Counted from the first letter of the stretch, positions 26,915-36,193 are shown. The stretch is 64,000 nucleotides of DNA from Candidatus Nomurabacteria bacterium RIFCSPHIGHO2_12_FULL_42_19 (GCA_001786955.1 MFUM01000008.1:11062-75061), one strand, 5' to 3'. Made by a program: numbers and translations. The notes: generated by a model from the letters alone, not told the origin.

Positions 26915-28563
26915 TGAAACAAATGCAATCGGAAGAGATTAGGTCCAGGTTTTTAAAATTTTTTTCCGCCAAAGGCGGACCCGCCTCGGGCGGGGAAGGG
27001 CATAAAATAATTCCTTCCGCTTCTTTGGTGCCGGAAAACGACCCTTCGGTGCTTTTTACGACTGCCGGAATGCAGCAATTCAAGCTGTATTATACGGGCG
27101 AAAAAAATGCGGAAAAAGATTTTGAAACAAAAAATGTTGTTTCTGTACAAAAATGCATCAGAACTTCGGATATAGACGAAGTAGGGGACGACACGCATAA
27201 CACATTTTTTGAAATGTTGGGCAACTTCTCTTTCGGCGGGTATTGGAAGAAAGAAGCCATAGAATATGCTTATGAATTTATCACACAAGAATTGGAACTC
27301 ACGATAGATTATGTTTCTGTTTTTGAAGGAGATGCGGAAACGTCAGCCGACAATGAATCAAGAGAAATCTGGAAAAATATTAACCCGAAACTTGTTATTA
27401 AAAATCACAATCGCGCGGATAATTTTTGGGGACCAACTGGGGATGAAGGCCCCTGTGGCCCGACGACGGAGATATATATAAATGGGGTAGAAATATGGAA
27501 TATTGTTTTTAACGAGTTTTATAAAACCAAAGAAGGGAAGTATGAGCCTTTAAAAATAAAAGGAATTGATACGGGCATGGGACTTGAGAGACTTTTAGTG
27601 CAGGTGCAAAAGAAAAATAATATTTACGAGACTGATTTATTTAATAATGAAAAAACTAGAGAAGAACGCATCGTGGCTGACCACGTGAAAGCAGCTCTTT
27701 TTATGATTTCCGACGGAGTTACTCCTTCAAATACAGGAACTGGATATGTTTTACGGAGATTAATCAGGCGAGCAGTTAGATTTTCTAAAAATCCACTAAA
27801 GGAAGAAATTAAGAAAATTCAAAAAATATATAAAGATGTATATGTTTTAGATAGTAAAAGAGAAATAGAGAAAGAAGAAAATAAATTTAAAGAAACTTTA
27901 AATAAAGGTTTGAGAGAATTTGAAAAAGGCATTGATCCTTTTATTTTGGCAACTACTTATGGTTTTCCAATTGAATTAACTCTCGAACTTGCCAAAGAAA
28001 AAGGCCAAAATATAGACCTGGAAGATTTTAATAATAAACTAAAAGCGCATGTTATGCTTTCCCAGACTTCCTCGGCCGGAATGTTCAAGGGCGGGTTGGC
28101 TAATCACAATGAAAAAACAATAAAACTGCATACCGCTCACCACTTGCTCCTGGCGGGCCTACAGGCCATTGTGAGCCCGGAAATCAAGCAAAGGGGGAGC
28201 AACATTACCGAAGAGCGCTTACGCATGGATTTTTTATGCGACCATAAATTGACCGACGAGGAGAAGAAAAAAGTAGAAGATTGGGTAAATGACAAAATCA
28301 AGGAAGGTTTAAATATTGAACGCCGCGAAATGCCTCTAGCTGAAGCGAAAAAAATCGGAGCCGAAATGGAATTTGGCGCCAAATATCCGGATGTTGTATC
28401 CCTGTATTTCATAGAAGATAAAAACGGCAATCCTGTTTCTAAAGAATTTTGCGGAGGTCCGCACGTAAAAAATACCTCAGAATTGGGCCGATTTAAAATT
28501 CAAAAAGAAGAAGCGGTGGCACAGGGAATCAGGCGTATAAAGGCTGCACTTATGCTACAATAA
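26914..28563 (+). CDS. alaS: Alanyl-tRNA synthetase, short form (catalytic plus editing domain, no C-Ala domain)
   Basis: N-terminal 'EIRSRFLKFF...DPSVLFTTAGMQQFK'; editing-domain 'HTAHHLL' and 'CGGPHV' motifs; only 549 aa. Confidence 0.8.
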   Translation: MKQMQSEEIRSRFLKFFSAKGGPASGGEGHKIIPSASLVPENDPSVLFTTAGMQQFKLYYTGEKNAEKDFETKNVVSVQKCIRTSDIDEVGDDTHNTFFEMLGNFSFGGYWKKEAIEYAYEFITQELELTIDYVSVFEGDAETSADNESREIWKNINPKLVIKNHNRADNFWGPTGDEGPCGPTTEIYINGVEIWNIVFNEFYKTKEGKYEPLKIKGIDTGMGLERLLVQVQKKNNIYETDLFNNEKTREERIVADHVKAALFMISDGVTPSNTGTGYVLRRLIRRAVRFSKNPLKEEIKKIQKIYKDVYVLDSKREIEKEENKFKETLNKGLREFEKGIDPFILATTYGFPIELTLELAKEKGQNIDLEDFNNKLKAHVMLSQTSSAGMFKGGLANHNEKTIKLHTAHHLLLAGLQAIVSPEIKQRGSNITEERLRMDFLCDHKLTDEEKKKVEDWVNDKIKEGLNIERREMPLAEAKKIGAEMEFGAKYPDVVSLYFIEDKNGNPVSKEFCGGPHVKNTSELGRFKIQKEEAVAQGIRRIKAALMLQ

Positions 28564-28567
28564 CATT

Positions 28568-29749
28568 ATGAGTATTTTCCCCGGGTCTAAAGAAAAAGGC
28601 GAGTTGGTATTGGTTTTCAATATCGGGTCTTCTTCGGTCGGGGGAGCGCTTTTTTGGGCGCAAAGTTCTGGAATCCCCAAAATAATTTTTTCCATTCAAG
28701 AACCGGTGGCCATTGAAGATAAAATTGATATTGACCGATTTTTATTCCTAACGATGCAATCATTGAAAATTGTTGTTGAAAAAATTTATAAAGCTGGCGT
28801 GGGTGCTCCCTCCCGGATTTTTTGCGTTCTTTCCTCGCCTTGGTATGTTTCCCAAACGCGGATAATCAATCTTAAAAAAAACACACCTTTTATATTTACC
28901 GCAAAGCTGGCTGATGACTTGATTCAAAAAGAAGTAAATCTTTTTGAGGAAGAACATTCAAAAAGAAAAAAGAATATTGGCAACTCTGTCCGCACAATTG
29001 AGCTTAAAAATATAAAAATAATATTAAACGGCTATGAAACATCAAAACCCTTAAATCAAAAAACAAAAGAATTGGAAATGATTATTTTTATTTCCATGAG
29101 CGGGGAACAGGTGTTGAAAAAGATAGAAGATACAATCAGCAAGCATTTTCACTTCAAGCAAATAACTTTTTCTTCTTTTGTGATGGCATCTTTTACCGTG
29201 GTGCGCGATATGTACATGCAAAAGGGAGATTTTCTTTTGGTTGATATCGGCGGGGAGATGACGGATATTTCAATGATAAAGAAAAATATATTGCGCGAGT
29301 CGATTTCGTTTCCTTTAGGCCGGAATTTTTTGACACGCGGAGTCGCATCCAACCTGGGTTGCACCCTGGATGAAGCAGACCCCCTAATTTCTCTTTTTAA
29401 AGACAAGCACGCGGAAAAATCTGTAGTCAAAAAACTTACGCCAATTATGGACCAGTTAAAAACAGAATGGCTCAAGAAGTTTCAGGAATCTTTAGCCAAT
29501 CTTTCCAACGATCTTTCTATTCCGGCGACTATTTACATAGCCATTGATAAAGACTTGGCAGATTTTTTTTCCGAAACAATCAAAACTGAGCAATTTAATC
29601 AGTATACTTTGACGGAATCAAAATTTGAAATTATTTTTTTAAACACCCAGATGCTTCATGATACCGCAGTGTTTGAAGAAAACGTAATTCGCGAGCCATT
29701 TCTTATTATTGACTCTATTTACATTAATCGTTTTTTGACTAAAATATAA
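28568..29749 (+). CDS. Actin-like ATPase-fold protein (FtsA/PilM-like), hypothetical
   Basis: N-terminal 'LVLVFNIGSSSVGGALF' phosphate-1-like motif; ~390 aa. Confidence 0.3.
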   Translation: MSIFPGSKEKGELVLVFNIGSSSVGGALFWAQSSGIPKIIFSIQEPVAIEDKIDIDRFLFLTMQSLKIVVEKIYKAGVGAPSRIFCVLSSPWYVSQTRIINLKKNTPFIFTAKLADDLIQKEVNLFEEEHSKRKKNIGNSVRTIELKNIKIILNGYETSKPLNQKTKELEMIIFISMSGEQVLKKIEDTISKHFHFKQITFSSFVMASFTVVRDMYMQKGDFLLVDIGGEMTDISMIKKNILRESISFPLGRNFLTRGVASNLGCTLDEADPLISLFKDKHAEKSVVKKLTPIMDQLKTEWLKKFQESLANLSNDLSIPATIYIAIDKDLADFFSETIKTEQFNQYTLTESKFEIIFLNTQMLHDTAVFEENVIREPFLIIDSIYINRFLTKI

Positions 29750-29751
29750 CT

Positions 29752-30993
29752 ATGTCCAAACATTTACTGGAAGATATGGTAAGAGTTAAGCATATCAGAA
29801 AAGAAACTGAGGCGAAAGAAATGCGGGGAACGGGAGAAATCAAGACAAATCGCGCCAAAAACAGGCCCCGATACATGCTCTGGAGCGTGGCATTTATTTC
29901 GGTTGTTTTTTTTGTTTTTGCCCTCTCTTTTTTATTTTCCTCAGCGGAAGTCGCGGTTAATCCAAAAACGAAAGATATAGTTTTAAACGAAAATTTGTTT
30001 GCCAGCAAAGACTCTAAAATCGACGGTTTATCTTTTGACTTGGTGGTTATTTCCGGCGAAGAAAATGCAGCAGTAAAAGCATCGGGAGAGAAAGATATTT
30101 TTCAAAAAGCTACAGGCACCGTTGTAATTTACAATACTTTCAGTTTTTCTCCCCAGGCACTCAGCATAGATACGAGACTGGAAGGTTCAAATGGAAAAAT
30201 TTATAAAACACAGACCAAAACTGTTGTGCCCGGGGAGCCAAAAACCGGCACTCCGGGATCAGTCGAAGTGAAAATTTATGGAGCAGAAGCCGGGCAAGAA
30301 TACAACAGCGGTCCGCTTGATTTCAAGATTTTTGGCTTTAAAGGGACTCCCAAATACTCCAAATTTTACGCCAGATCCAAAGGAGAGATTACCGGCGGAT
30401 TCAAAGGCAAGGCTCCTGCTGTTTCTGATACCGAAAAAGCAGCCGCTGTCGGTAATTTGAAAACTGCCCTGCAAACGAAACTCCTGAAAAAAGCAATTGA
30501 TCAGATTCCGGGCGGATTTGTCTTATTCAAGGATGCGATTTTTCTTGATATAGATGACGCGAATACCCCACTTGCTACCAAAAATAATGAGTTAATTATG
30601 ACGCTTAAGGGCAAGCTATACGGTTTTCTTTTTAATGAGCAAAAACTGACGAAAAAAATTGCCGAGAATAATATTGAAAAATATGACGGAAATGAAGTTC
30701 TTATTCCAAACATCAGAGATTTGATTTTTTCCCTTTCCGGCAAAAACAATATTTCATTCGACAATATGAAAAATATAAATTTTAATTTATCAGGCGCGGC
30801 AAAAATTATCTGGAAACTTGATACAAATAAATTTACCGCTGATTTATTGGGCAAATCAAAAAAGGATTTTAATCAAATACTTTTACGATACCCGAACATT
30901 GATTCTGCCACTTTAACGCTCAGTCCTGCGTGGAAAACCTCCATCCCCGGCCAATTCAAAGATATAAAAATAAATGTAAATTATTCGAAATAA
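29752..30993 (+). CDS. Bitopic membrane protein with large extracytoplasmic domain, hypothetical (possible partner of the preceding actin-like protein)
   Basis: Basic cytoplasmic N-terminus, single TM helix (WSVAFISVVFFVFALSFLF), ~340-aa external domain. Confidence 0.3.
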   Translation: MSKHLLEDMVRVKHIRKETEAKEMRGTGEIKTNRAKNRPRYMLWSVAFISVVFFVFALSFLFSSAEVAVNPKTKDIVLNENLFASKDSKIDGLSFDLVVISGEENAAVKASGEKDIFQKATGTVVIYNTFSFSPQALSIDTRLEGSNGKIYKTQTKTVVPGEPKTGTPGSVEVKIYGAEAGQEYNSGPLDFKIFGFKGTPKYSKFYARSKGEITGGFKGKAPAVSDTEKAAAVGNLKTALQTKLLKKAIDQIPGGFVLFKDAIFLDIDDANTPLATKNNELIMTLKGKLYGFLFNEQKLTKKIAENNIEKYDGNEVLIPNIRDLIFSLSGKNNISFDNMKNINFNLSGAAKIIWKLDTNKFTADLLGKSKKDFNQILLRYPNIDSATLTLSPAWKTSIPGQFKDIKINVNYSK

Positions 30994-31056
30994 TCTTTTT
31001 CCTACCAGTATTGGTTTGACATAATCTCTTAATTTTATTATAGTTATAACCTATAC

Positions 31057-31323
31057 ATGAATGAGCCCAAAAGTGAAAAAATCGTAACAGCAAAAGGAAT
31101 TGTTACCGAGGCCCTGCCTAGTACTTTGTTTAAAGTCAAAATACATGCCCGTCCTCACGATGGTTTAGGAGCAAGCGGGGAAGATAAAGACGGCGAGAAG
31201 GAGATTCTCGCATACCTTGGAGGGAAAATGCGGATGCATAGAATTAAAGTTCTGATTGGAGATTCAGTAGAAGTTGTGCTCGATTCTTATGGCGGGAAAG
31301 GCAGGATAATTAAAAGGTTGTAA
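31057..31323 (+). CDS. infA: Translation initiation factor IF-1 with a ~14-aa insertion in a loop
   Basis: S1-like fold signature '...LFKVKI...ILAYLGGKMRMHRIKVLIGDSVEV...GRII' matches IF-1. Insert 'RPHDGLGASGEDKD'. Confidence 0.75.
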   Translation: MNEPKSEKIVTAKGIVTEALPSTLFKVKIHARPHDGLGASGEDKDGEKEILAYLGGKMRMHRIKVLIGDSVEVVLDSYGGKGRIIKRL

Positions 31324-31442
31324 TTTTTTTTAATATGGTGTATTATAGGGCTTGCGGTTTGTTGGCGGTTTTTAAAAAGTTATAGCATTGAAAAATAAGG
31401 GTTTTTTCCTTATTTTTCTTCTGTCATTTTAAAAAAGTTTTT

Positions 31443-31553
31443 ATGAAAATAAGGTCATCTGTAAAAAAAATTTGCGATAATTGTAAAATGGTCAGACGAG
31501 CCAGGCATTTAAGGATAATTTGCTCTAATCCGAAACATAAGCAAAAACAATAA
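31443..31553 (+). CDS. rpmJ: 50S ribosomal protein L36 (36 aa; below the ORF-track length cutoff)
   Basis: Translates to [36 protein letters not shown], with the zinc-ribbon C-x2-C...C-x4-H pattern of L36; conserved infA-rpmJ-rpsM order. Confidence 0.85.
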   Translation: MKIRSSVKKICDNCKMVRRARHLRIICSNPKHKQKQ

Positions 31554-31556
31554 TTT

Positions 31557-31937
31557 ATGAGAATTCTTGGAATTACTGTGCCAAATGAGAAAAGACTTGA
31601 AATCGGCCTGACCTGCCTTTACGGTATAGGCATTCCATCCGCCCGTAAAATTTTAGATCAAGTCGGCATTAATCGCGGAAAGAAGGCTAAGGATTTGACC
31701 CCAGATGAAGAAAATAAAATTCGCCTTGTTGTGGAAAAAATTTTGATTGAAGGAAATTTAAAAAGGGAAATATCGGCGAATATCAAAAGATTGAAAGATA
31801 TAAAAAGCTACAGGGGTATCCGCCATACAAAAAGATTGCCGGTTCGGGGACAGCGCACCAAGACGAATTCCCGAACCATCAGAGGCAATGTCCGAAAAAC
31901 GATGGCGTCAGGCAAGAGGAAGGAAAGCAAGACCTAA
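31557..31937 (+). CDS. rpsM: 30S ribosomal protein S13
   Basis: 'MRILGITVPNEKRLEIGLTCLYGIG...YRGIRHTKRLPVRGQRT'. Confidence 0.9.
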   Translation: MRILGITVPNEKRLEIGLTCLYGIGIPSARKILDQVGINRGKKAKDLTPDEENKIRLVVEKILIEGNLKREISANIKRLKDIKSYRGIRHTKRLPVRGQRTKTNSRTIRGNVRKTMASGKRKESKT

Positions 31938-31983
31938 AATTAGTGGCTAGGGGCTAGGGACTAGAAAAATCTAGAACCTAAAA

Positions 31984-32005
31984 CCTAGAAACTAGAACCT
32001 AATTT
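31984..32005 (+). promoter_or_regulatory. 22-nt CTAG-rich leader motif cctagaaactagaacctaattt directly before rpsK (preceded by more degenerate CTAG units from 31944)
   Basis: Identical 22-mer recurs at 34134-34155 directly before rplQ. Confidence 0.4.
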
Positions 32006-32009
32006 ATTT

Positions 32010-32471
32010 ATGGGAAAGACAAAAATTACAACAGAAAAAAATAATGAAGAAATCGGAGCAAAAGCGGAAATCCGCTCTGCCGAAAATGAGGCAAAAAAGG
32101 CTCCGTCAAAAACGCCAAAAAAGAAAGTAATTTCCGGTATTTTGCATGTTGAAGCTACCTTCAATAATACGAAAGTCCTTTTTGGAGACAAATTGGGCAA
32201 TACGTTATTTTGGTCAAGCGCGGGAAGTTTGGGTTTTAGGGGGGCTAAGAAAGGAACTCCTTTTGCGGCTTCCAAGGTAGGCGATGCAATTGGCAGCAAG
32301 GCTTCAGTGCTTGGAGTAAAAGATGCGGATGTGGTTGTTTTGGGAGTCGGGTCCGGACGCGAACCGGCCATCAGGTCTTTTATGGCTCACGGGATTGAAA
32401 TTACCTCCATATTGGATGCGACACCGGTGCCTCACAACGGGCCGAAAGCCAAAAAGCCGCGAAGAGTTTAA
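32010..32471 (+). CDS. rpsK: 30S ribosomal protein S11 (with Lys-rich N-terminal extension)
   Basis: 'GILHVEATFNNTKV...GFRGAKKGTPFAA...AHGIEITSILDATPVPHNG'. Confidence 0.9.
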   Translation: MGKTKITTEKNNEEIGAKAEIRSAENEAKKAPSKTPKKKVISGILHVEATFNNTKVLFGDKLGNTLFWSSAGSLGFRGAKKGTPFAASKVGDAIGSKASVLGVKDADVVVLGVGSGREPAIRSFMAHGIEITSILDATPVPHNGPKAKKPRRV

Positions 32472-32489
32472 AAAGCAAGGAAAAAATTT

Positions 32490-33092
32490 ATGATATCCAA
32501 ACCAAAATTTAAAATTTGCAGAAGACTGGGTCCGGGGGTTTATGACAAATGTCAAACCGCCAAATTTTCCTCATCCTCAAAGGGGTCTTTGTCGGGCGGA
32601 CGCCGTCCCAAGGCTCCTACGGAGTATGGGGCGCAACTCATAGAAAAGCAAAAAATACGTTTTTCATACGGCATATCCGAACGCCAGCTTTCCAATTATG
32701 TTAAAAAAGCCTCTCACATTAAAGGTGCCGGCACAGCTGAAAAGCTTTATGAGAGCCTGGAGTCCCGTCTTGATAATGTAATCTATCGGATGGGCTTGGG
32801 TAGCAGCAGGCGCGCCACCAGGCAAATGGTTTCCCATGGGCACTTTATTGTCAATAATCACAGGGTTACCATCCCGTCTTTTGAAATTAAAACAGGAGAT
32901 ATCGTAAAAATTCGCGAAGGAAGCAAAAGCAAGAAAATTTTTGAAAACCTGACCGACCGGCTGAAAGATTACAGTGCTCCGGTCTGGGTGGCATTTGACC
33001 CGAACAATATGGAAGGAAAAATTTTAGCCAAACCGAAAAAAATCGAAACCTTTCTTGACCTTAATGCCGTGCTTGAATTTTACAGCCGCTAA
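32490..33092 (+). CDS. rpsD: 30S ribosomal protein S4
   Basis: 'LESRLDNVIYRMGLGSSRRATRQMVSHGHFIVNNHRV'. Confidence 0.9.
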   Translation: MISKPKFKICRRLGPGVYDKCQTAKFSSSSKGSLSGGRRPKAPTEYGAQLIEKQKIRFSYGISERQLSNYVKKASHIKGAGTAEKLYESLESRLDNVIYRMGLGSSRRATRQMVSHGHFIVNNHRVTIPSFEIKTGDIVKIREGSKSKKIFENLTDRLKDYSAPVWVAFDPNNMEGKILAKPKKIETFLDLNAVLEFYSR

Positions 33093-33140
33093 TTTTATTA
33101 TTTTGTTTATTTATTATTAAAAATTAAGATTACAAAAATT

Positions 33141-34124
33141 ATGCCTGAATATAAAATAATTATGCCTTCCAAGCCTCGTGTTGTTTTAGAAGAAGGTAAT
33201 AAGGGAGTATTTGAAATAGACGGCTTATACCCCGGGTACGGCCATACTTTAGGCAACAGCTTGAGGAGAATAATTCTTTCTTCATTACCGGGAGCCAGCA
33301 TTGTCTCTGTCAAGATTGACGGAGTATCGCACGAATTTCAAACAATGAATGGAATCAAAGAAGATGTAATCATAATAATTCTGAACCTGAAAAAAATTCG
33401 TTTCAGAATGCTGTCCGACGAGCCTCAGACGGTCACGCTCTCCATCAAAGGCCCGAAGGAAGTCACGGCAACAGACATAAAAACCGGGGGGCAAGTGGAG
33501 ATTTTAAATCCGGAACTCCACATAGCGGAGGTTACAGGCAAGGTGAATTTGAACATAGAAATGAAAATTGAAAAGGGCTTGGGTTTTATTCCGAAAGAAA
33601 TTTTTCAAAAAGAAAAAGTTGATGTCGGCACTATTGCGGTTGATGCGATTTTTACCCCGATTCGCCGGGTTGCCTATGAAGTTGAAAATATGCGTGTTGG
33701 CGACAAGACCAACCACAATCGCCTGAGAATTTCAATCGAGACGGACGGTACTTTGACCGCCCGCGAGGCTCTTTCGCATTCTATTGAAATTATGATAAAT
33801 CAACTGAAAGCTATTATTGATTTTAAGGAAACAGAAGAAGTTCCAGTTGAGAACAAAGAAGAAGAGAAAAAACCTGCCCGCAATGCTTCGCATAGCGAAG
33901 CAGGTGGGGGAGGTGATTTCGTTGACATTTTAAAAACCCGCACGGACAGCCTGGATCTTTCCACCAGAACCCTAAATGCGCTTACTTCCGCGAATATCCG
34001 GACACTGGGAGGCTTGGCTCGAAAAAAGCGCGAAGATTTGTTGGAAGTGGAAGGCATCGGCGAGAAAGGAATTACGGAAATTAAAAAAGTTTTAAATAAA
34101 TTCGGACTTAACCTGAAGGAATAA
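33141..34124 (+). CDS. rpoA: DNA-directed RNA polymerase subunit alpha
   Basis: N-terminal domain 'GYGHTLGNSLRRILLSSLPG'; C-terminal domain 'LDLSTRTLNALTSANIRTLGGL'. Confidence 0.9.
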   Translation: MPEYKIIMPSKPRVVLEEGNKGVFEIDGLYPGYGHTLGNSLRRIILSSLPGASIVSVKIDGVSHEFQTMNGIKEDVIIIILNLKKIRFRMLSDEPQTVTLSIKGPKEVTATDIKTGGQVEILNPELHIAEVTGKVNLNIEMKIEKGLGFIPKEIFQKEKVDVGTIAVDAIFTPIRRVAYEVENMRVGDKTNHNRLRISIETDGTLTAREALSHSIEIMINQLKAIIDFKETEEVPVENKEEEKKPARNASHSEAGGGGDFVDILKTRTDSLDLSTRTLNALTSANIRTLGGLARKKREDLLEVEGIGEKGITEIKKVLNKFGLNLKE

Positions 34125-34133
34125 TTACTAGCA

Positions 34134-34155
34134 CCTAGAAACTAGAACCTAATTT
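34134..34155 (+). promoter_or_regulatory. Second copy of the 22-nt CTAG-rich leader motif, abutting the rplQ start codon
   Basis: Identical to 31984-32005. Confidence 0.4.
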
Positions 34156-34509
34156 ATGAGACACCACAACAATACAAGAAAATTCGGTAGGGGTAAAACA
34201 CAAAGGCATGCATTGCTTAATTCTTTGGCGCTTAATTTGATTGTGCGTGAAAAAATAAAAACAACCGAACCGAAAGCCAAAGAGTTGAGACCTTTTATGG
34301 AAAAACTTGTGACTCGAGCCAAGAAAGGCGATTTGGCGACCCGCAGGTCGGTTATTTCCAAACTTTCTAACCGCAGCAAAGAAGTGAAAAAGCTTTTTGA
34401 AGTTATTGCGCCCAAATACGCGGATAAAAAAGGAGGATATACGAGAGTTTTAAAATTAGGAGCCAGAAAATCGGACGGCGCCAAGATGGCGGTTATAGAA
34501 TTTGTATAA
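34156..34509 (+). CDS. rplQ: 50S ribosomal protein L17
   Basis: 'MRHHNNTRKFGRGKTQRHALLNSLA...TTEPKAKELR'. Confidence 0.9.
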   Translation: MRHHNNTRKFGRGKTQRHALLNSLALNLIVREKIKTTEPKAKELRPFMEKLVTRAKKGDLATRRSVISKLSNRSKEVKKLFEVIAPKYADKKGGYTRVLKLGARKSDGAKMAVIEFV

Positions 34510-34540
34510 ATATAGAAAATAAAGTAGGATAAAGCAACCA

Positions 34541-34897
34541 ATGAATAATAAAACTTTAAAAACAATAGACGCGGCAGGAAGGACCCTGGGAAGGGTTGCG
34601 AGCGAAGTTGCTATGTCGCTGATGGGCAAGACCAAGGCGACTTTTGAACGTAATAAATATTCAGGTTTTCCCGTCCGAGTGGTAAATGCTTCCAAGCTCC
34701 GCATCACGGATAAAAAACTGGAAGAAATTTATCATACCCGATATTCCGGCATTCCGGGCGGGCTCCGCATTTTAAAAGGCACGGAAACAGCCGATAAAAA
34801 GGGTTTAAAAGAATTAATCAGGCTTGCGACATACCAAATGCTGCCTTCAAACAAATTGCGCAGAATCATGATGAAAAATTTAAGGATCGAAGACTAG
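34541..34897 (+). CDS. rplM: 50S ribosomal protein L13
   Basis: 'IDAAGRTLGRVASEVAMSLMGK...YHTRYSGIPGG'. Confidence 0.9.
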   Translation: MNNKTLKTIDAAGRTLGRVASEVAMSLMGKTKATFERNKYSGFPVRVVNASKLRITDKKLEEIYHTRYSGIPGGLRILKGTETADKKGLKELIRLATYQMLPSNKLRRIMMKNLRIED

Positions 34898-34904
34898 AAA
34901 CACT

Positions 34905-35366
34905 ATGAAAAAAGAAACAAAAGAAAAATCTCTTGGCCATAAACCTGCGAGCGAGGCAAAAGGAAAATATATCGAAGCCGTGGGAAGACGCAAAACCTCT
35001 ACCGCTAGAGTGCGGATTTGGAAAGGTGATAAAGCGGATTTTATTGTAAACGGAAAAAGTGCCAAAGAATATTTTAAAACGGAAGACCAACGTCGTTTGA
35101 TTTTAGACCCGATAATGAAAGGAATACCCGCTGGCCCAGCCAAAAATCTAAAGTGGGTCGTGGAGGTGCATACATCAGGCGGCGGAATTCATTCCCAAGC
35201 TGAAGCTGTTCGTCATGGATTATCCCGTGCCCTAGTAGCATCAGATGCGAGCCTGCGCGGGAATTTAAAAAGTTTAGGATTTTTGAAACGCGACCCGAGA
35301 GCCAAAGAACGCAGAAAATTCGGTCTCAAAAAAGCAAGAAAAGCGCCACAGTGGAGCAAGCGCTAG
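34905..35366 (+). CDS. rpsI: 30S ribosomal protein S9
   Basis: 'GRRKTSTARVRI...SGGGIHSQAEAVRHGLSRAL...RRKFGLKKARKAPQWSKR'. Confidence 0.9.
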   Translation: MKKETKEKSLGHKPASEAKGKYIEAVGRRKTSTARVRIWKGDKADFIVNGKSAKEYFKTEDQRRLILDPIMKGIPAGPAKNLKWVVEVHTSGGGIHSQAEAVRHGLSRALVASDASLRGNLKSLGFLKRDPRAKERRKFGLKKARKAPQWSKR

Positions 35367-35373
35367 AAAATAG

Positions 35374-35396
35374 CCGGCCTGCGCCGGCTTTTTTTG
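35374..35396 (+). terminator. Rho-independent terminator after rpsI (gccggcctgcgccggc + T7)
   Basis: GC stem followed by ttttttt. Confidence 0.7.
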
Positions 35397-35505
35397 CGCT
35401 TGCTCGGCCGGAGCTTTATTGTGAGTAGTAGCGAACAAAAGCGAGGCGGGGGCTGCGACCGAGTCTGAGCGACGGCGAGGACGAGAGTTGTGGTCTAAGA
35501 GATAA

Positions 35506-35538
35506 TAAAAAAATCCCTCTTCCGAGAGGGATTTTTTT
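35506..35538. terminator. Second hairpin terminator (aaaaaaatccctct-tccg-agagggattttttt) before grpE
   Basis: Perfect stem with A/T runs on both sides. Confidence 0.6.
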
Positions 35539-35555
35539 ATGCTAATATATCACTT

Positions 35556-36164
35556 ATGAGCGATGAAGAAGATAAAAAACCGGAAAATATCGAGCCAAAA
35601 GAAGAATCAAAGCAAGACGACTCCGAAGTTTTAGAGTTTGAATTCAACGAGGACGGGGAAGAAGACCTCAAAAAAACTTTAAAAAAATTGAGGGCCGACT
35701 TGAAGCAGGCCAAAAAGGAAAAGGAAGAGTATCTGACCGGCTGGCAGAAAGAGCGGGCGGATTTTATCAACTACAAGAAGCAGGAAGACGACCGAAGGAC
35801 CGTTTTTTCCGAAGCCATACGGGAGCGGATTCTGACTCGTTTTCTTTCGGTGATTGACAGTTTTAATATGGCTTTTGCCAGCAAGGAAGCCTGGGATAAA
35901 ATTGACGAAACATGGCGCAAGGGGGTGGAACATATTTACGCGCAAATGAATGGAATCTTTGAAGAATACGGAGTGAAACCTGTGGGGGAAGCCGGGGAAA
36001 ATTTTGACCCGAATATTCACCAGTCCATAGATGTAGTAGAGACAGATAATAAAGATTTAGAGCACAAAGTCGCAACTGTAATCCAAAAAGGATACAAATT
36101 AGGTGAACGCGTAATTCGTCCGGCGAGGGTAAATATTTATGAGTTTAAGGAAAGTGAGCAATAA
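35556..36164 (+). CDS. grpE: Nucleotide exchange factor GrpE
   Basis: Acidic N-terminus, coiled-coil, and 'ERADFINYKKQ' motif typical of GrpE; normally followed directly by dnaK. Confidence 0.85.
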   Translation: MSDEEDKKPENIEPKEESKQDDSEVLEFEFNEDGEEDLKKTLKKLRADLKQAKKEKEEYLTGWQKERADFINYKKQEDDRRTVFSEAIRERILTRFLSVIDSFNMAFASKEAWDKIDETWRKGVEHIYAQMNGIFEEYGVKPVGEAGENFDPNIHQSIDVVETDNKDLEHKVATVIQKGYKLGERVIRPARVNIYEFKESEQ

Positions 36165-36193
36165 TCTATTCTATAATTCTATAGAATATTAGA
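36165..36193. promoter_or_regulatory. Near-palindromic 29-bp element tctattctataattctatagaatattaga abutting the start codon of Cys-rich paralog 1
   Basis: Identical copy at 47813-47841; inverted copy at 39676-39708. Contains TATAAT/TAGAAT -10-like hexamers around the dyad core ttctatagaa. Confidence 0.5.

Noticed and set aside
35401-35505. SRP (4.5S) RNA or CIRCE/HrcA operator in the rpsI-grpE spacer
   Set aside because: No GGAAGCAGCCA-type SRP domain-IV motif and no TTAGCACTC-N9-GAGTGCTAA inverted repeat. Left as an unexplained GC-rich segment.
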